DNA of 47,922 nucleotides from sequence record SRR31156797_1383; one strand, 5' to 3'. Shown piece by piece: positions 44,128 to 47,922 of this stretch (position 1 is its first letter; each line of letters starts with the position of its first letter). The notes under the pieces were generated by a model. It saw only the letters and a program-made list of their open reading frames with translations, ran no database searches and was not told where the DNA came from. The position numbers and the translations under genes were made by a program.

Positions 44128-47100
44128 ATGAAAAAGAGAAATAAACGAATTCGTCATGGCATTGTTGTTACCGCTTTAGGTCTGTCCCAAGTAATCACTC
44201 CGGTCATGGCGCTTGCGGAAACTACGGAACAGGAACAGACCATTCGTACTTTAGATAACTCAAATCATCTGCTGGAATCAACCAGCGGCGTTGCCAATGA
44301 AACAAACACAAGCGACGCGCAAACAACTGAGACTACTCAAACGGATCGTTCTTCAGAAGAAAGCGGCGAAGCAACCTCCAAGACGGATGCAGCAACAACG
44401 AGTCAAAGTGAAACGCCTGCTACAACTTCATCAACGCATACAGCAGATACTACAGATTCGACGCAAACAAGTTCTTCAGAAACTGAATCGAAAGAGGCAA
44501 AAGGAGCCGAAAAGAGTTCCCGTGTCAGCACCCGCATCAATGGACAAGAGCTTTTAGAAAAAGGCACATTACTGACGATTGCTGGTGAGGAGTTCAGTCA
44601 AACGGAAGAAACGCGGATTTTAAACAATAGTCCGGTGAAACTGAAATTAGACTTTGAAATCAATGACGAAGACTACTTAGCCGGCACCACTGCTGTTTTT
44701 GACCTGCCGGAAGGCCTTGGTTTTAGTGATATGCAAGGAACAAATGAAGCAATCAATGCTTCGTGGGCAGTAGATAGCGCCGCCCATCAATTAACGATCA
44801 CCTTTAACCAATCCATTCATGATGCATCGTTTTCGATCGAGTTGACCAGTTATCTTTATTCAGAAGACAAGCCTCAGCTAACCATTGAGATGGGCGATCA
44901 AAACCAGACAAGCTACGCCATTGATTTGTATGAAGAAGTTGACCCGATTCAATATGTGTCAGAAAAAAATGTCTTTGGGATGCAAGGGATGGTTTACTAC
45001 AATACTGATCGGACATTATCTGGAACGGAAACTCTTTCACTGCATTTGGTTGATACGCCGGGTGCGTCCTTCAAAAAGATTGAGACCCAACCGTTAAAAG
45101 TCTTCAGCTATGAAGTGGATATCAAAGGAAAGATCAAGCCAGAAACACAGACAGCATTAGTCGAAGGGACAGACTATACGATCACCTCAAATAGTCTTTA
45201 CAATACTGCTGTTGAAATCAAACAGATGGACAAACAAAAGGCTTATGGGGTTTCTTATCAATTCACCATGAGTTTGACCGAGCTGACGGATTATACTTCT
45301 TCTTTTTCAAAAGGGTATCCGACGACCGGATTTGGTTCAGTACAGCTAAAACAAACAGCTGCCCAAAACAGAGGGTTTTCCTTTACCGCAGCAACCAGTA
45401 AAGATGAAAAAGAAGTCGATTCTAGGTATTATATGGGGGTTGCTTCTGCCAGTTTTATGAATGGCCTTTCTAAAGGAAACTACTATGTATCAATTCATCA
45501 AATGCCGACGGAGATGAAAGCAGGTCAACAAATCATTCTTTCGAGTCAAAACGGACAGCCGATCACGGCGAAACAGTTAACAGCAAGAGACGCCTTCTAT
45601 CAAAATGTGACTTTTACGGATTATTTTTCTGTCGAAAATAATGGGGACAAACTGATTGTGACGGCCACAAAAGACAGCAATCTCACTCTTGGTTCCACGA
45701 ACATAACCGTACCCTTTGATCAGAAAGATATCATCCTCAATGTCTCGACACCGTTAATTGCTAATAAAGAATTCAAAATCGTTGAAGACAACTACGTCGA
45801 ACCAATCAGTGTTCTTAATCCCAATAACGCTGAAACTGCTTGGGGAAATTATGATCAAAATGGTGCTTACATGAGTGATACTTCCATCAACATCGAAGGT
45901 AGTAATTCACAACCAATCGAAAATTTACAAATGTTTATTGAACATCCCGAGTATCTTTCTTTGAGAAAGGTATCAAAAGTCGGCTTCTATTATACTTTAG
46001 GAACTGATTATACGATTGAAGAAGTAGCAGGTGGAACGATGGTCACCTTTACGTCGCCCATTACCTATTCCGTTCAATTTGATATTGGCTTCAATTACGT
46101 GCCAGACAGTTTAGCACCGACAAAATCAATTCCTAACGATACAATTCCAATCACGATTTCCGCGACAGGACTTGACACGGTTCATACCTCCGTCTATACC
46201 GGAAGAAAACTGTATTCTGAACGCACGCTCCAAAGCAGTAAGAATCAGTTTTTAGTCAACGCGCGTCAAGATACCATCAGTGATTTGACTGTTGAGACCC
46301 ATGTTCCGAAAAATACGGATGTTGTGTTTTCGATCATCGATGTTTCCAATGAACAAGTCAGTGGCATTTATCCACAGTACTGGGATCGTGGTTATTATGA
46401 TAATCAAGCCATGAAAGAAAGCGATCCGAATTATCCAACGATCACCCATGATGAGGCAACCAACTATTATACCTTTGATTTTGGGACGACTAACCATCGC
46501 TACATCATTTCCTATCAGTACGCCAATGGTTGGCAGGAAATGAGTACGATTTCTATACCTGGTTATGCAAAAGAGCCGCTATCAAATAATCAGCAAGGCT
46601 CAACTACCGTTTCGGTTTCCAATACAGCGACGGATATTATTGGGATTACTCAAAATACCGTGAATAATACAAAAAACATGACTCAGGTCAAGGTCACAAC
46701 AAAAAATATCGATGATGGCTCGAAAAAAGTAGCAAATCCAACGATCCTTCTAAAATCATTGGGAAATACCAATGGTGAAATCGATCTTAGGTCAATCAAT
46801 GTTTCAAATGTGCCAGACGATAGCTATGAAATCAAAGAAGTTGACGGAGACGTACAGCTTGTCTTTTCAAACTATGTTTTAACGAAAAATATCGAAATCA
46901 GTTACAACGTCCTTTCACAAAACGCCGGCCAAATCTCAGCTTCAGCAACGATCGTTTCTGATACGATTGATACCTTGTCGGAAGCCAAACGGACGGCTAC
47001 TTCGACGGTGACTAACCTGCAATTTTCGGCAGGTGATTCAAACGGGATCATTTACAAAACTAGTGCGTCACTTGATGTTTATAATACCGAAGAACCAACT

Positions 47101-47922
47101 CAGAAAATTGCAGGCGTTACATTGATGCTTTGGAATCAGTTGACTGGAGATGTTATTTCTGTTGTAACGGATGAGAAGGGAGAGTATCAATTAGCTGATA
47201 TTTATACAGGGACCTATACGCTTTATGTTTCTTACGTCCCAGAAGGCTACGTTGTGCCCCAGGAGCTTCAACTCGGAAAAGAAGTCCAAGTGAATCGGAC
47301 GGGCAATCATTTCTCTGTGGGCATCACGCCAGAAGAAGATTTATCAACGATCGTCACGAAAGATAGTACAATCTATGTGGGAGACGAGTGGCATGCTGTA
47401 GATAACTTTGTCTCAGCAACAGACAAGCATGGCAATGCGTTGACCTTCTCGGAAATTACCGTCAACGGTGAGGTCGACACATCTAAAGTCGGCACTTATG
47501 AAGTCAAATACATGAATGGCACCGTGAGCGAGACAGCGACGATCACTGTGGTGGCTAACCAAGAAACGGTGGCAGCCAAAGACAGCACGTTATATGTGGG
47601 CGATGCATGGACAGCAGCTGATAATTTTCTAGCGGCAACGGATAAAGACGGTAACACAGTGGCAATCACAGAAGTGACCATCACCGGTGAAGTTGACACG
47701 GATACACCTGGAGAATACCAAGTAATCTATCGTAACGGCAAAGCCGAAGCAACAGCTACGATCACGGTCTTAGCAGACCAAACTTCGGTTAAAGCCAAAG
47801 ACAGCACCTTATACATCGGGGACGACTGGCATGCGGGTGATAACTTTGTTTCGGCAACGGACAAAACAGGAGCGAACGTTCCATTTTCAAATGTGACAGT
47901 TAGTGGAGCCGTGGATACTTCC
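44128..47922 (+). CDS. Large secreted/surface protein with C-terminal bacterial Ig-like (group 3) repeats; partial, runs off the window end
   Basis: GGAGG RBS, ATG 44128, signal peptide MKKRNKRIRHGIVVTALGLSQVITPVMALA, S/T/E-rich linker, frame open for 1265 codons; SpaA-like domain (VTDEKGEY..GTYTL..VPEGY) then KDSTIYVGD.W...DNFVSATDK repeats. Missing from the ORF track, presumably because no stop is reached. Confidence 0.88.
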   Translation, partial: MKKRNKRIRHGIVVTALGLSQVITPVMALAETTEQEQTIRTLDNSNHLLESTSGVANETNTSDAQTTETTQTDRSSEESGEATSKTDAATTSQSETPATTSSTHTADTTDSTQTSSSETESKEAKGAEKSSRVSTRINGQELLEKGTLLTIAGEEFSQTEETRILNNSPVKLKLDFEINDEDYLAGTTAVFDLPEGLGFSDMQGTNEAINASWAVDSAAHQLTITFNQSIHDASFSIELTSYLYSEDKPQLTIEMGDQNQTSYAIDLYEEVDPIQYVSEKNVFGMQGMVYYNTDRTLSGTETLSLHLVDTPGASFKKIETQPLKVFSYEVDIKGKIKPETQTALVEGTDYTITSNSLYNTAVEIKQMDKQKAYGVSYQFTMSLTELTDYTSSFSKGYPTTGFGSVQLKQTAAQNRGFSFTAATSKDEKEVDSRYYMGVASASFMNGLSKGNYYVSIHQMPTEMKAGQQIILSSQNGQPITAKQLTARDAFYQNVTFTDYFSVENNGDKLIVTATKDSNLTLGSTNITVPFDQKDIILNVSTPLIANKEFKIVEDNYVEPISVLNPNNAETAWGNYDQNGAYMSDTSINIEGSNSQPIENLQMFIEHPEYLSLRKVSKVGFYYTLGTDYTIEEVAGGTMVTFTSPITYSVQFDIGFNYVPDSLAPTKSIPNDTIPITISATGLDTVHTSVYTGRKLYSERTLQSSKNQFLVNARQDTISDLTVETHVPKNTDVVFSIIDVSNEQVSGIYPQYWDRGYYDNQAMKESDPNYPTITHDEATNYYTFDFGTTNHRYIISYQYANGWQEMSTISIPGYAKEPLSNNQQGSTTVSVSNTATDIIGITQNTVNNTKNMTQVKVTTKNIDDGSKKVANPTILLKSLGNTNGEIDLRSINVSNVPDDSYEIKEVDGDVQLVFSNYVLTKNIEISYNVLSQNAGQISASATIVSDTIDTLSEAKRTATSTVTNLQFSAGDSNGIIYKTSASLDVYNTEEPTQKIAGVTLMLWNQLTGDVISVVTDEKGEYQLADIYTGTYTLYVSYVPEGYVVPQELQLGKEVQVNRTGNHFSVGITPEEDLSTIVTKDSTIYVGDEWHAVDNFVSATDKHGNALTFSEITVNGEVDTSKVGTYEVKYMNGTVSETATITVVANQETVAAKDSTLYVGDAWTAADNFLAATDKDGNTVAITEVTITGEVDTDTPGEYQVIYRNGKAEATATITVLADQTSVKAKDSTLYIGDDWHAGDNFVSATDKTGANVPFSNVTVSGAVDTS
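47359..47922 (+). repeat. Tandem 219-bp (73-aa) Big_3-type repeats, at least 2.5 copies
   Basis: KDST(I/L)Y(V/I)GD begins at 47359, 47578 and 47797. Confidence 0.85.

Noticed and set aside
44291-47699. Track ORFs 44291-44557, 44804-45040, 44885-45097, 46252-46497 and 47496-47699
   Set aside because: Off-frame or antisense to the long open frame that starts at 44128.

Overview
Low-GC Firmicute chromosomal window, most consistent with an Enterococcus of the casseliflavus/gallinarum type (inferred from gene content and composition only). It is almost entirely devoted to the cell surface. In order: an Mga-family regulator divergent from an ~18.5 kb Wzy-dependent capsule operon (2415-20910) whose core resembles Staphylococcus aureus cap5 (CapA/B/C/D, M, N, L, E, F, G, H-like, K-like) but with a WbpA-type dehydrogenase, no CapP and an LpxD-like acyltransferase; a membrane-anchored XRE regulator; a 7x MucBP sortase substrate; a CPBP/CAAX protease; a PgdA-like deacetylase; an Rgg regulator; a 3124-aa LPKTG adhesin with 30 Ig-like domains followed by a WxL cluster; an orphan LytTR pseudo-response regulator; and a >=1265-codon surface protein that runs off the window end and is missing from the ORF track. 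The best candidate for an undescribed system is an unannotated 16-codon hydrophobic peptide gene (MHWLVMIFLLICLSFV, 28693-28743, minus strand). It has its own RBS, -10 element and terminator and lies between two related GTC-N10-GAC boxes directly upstream of rgg, suggesting a leaderless-peptide/Rgg circuit that may control the adhesin-WxL operon. Also notable: the capsule BY-kinase has Walker A' DxD changed to DAA. No rRNA, tRNA, CRISPR array or IS element was recognised. Homology calls come from recalled motifs, not database searches.
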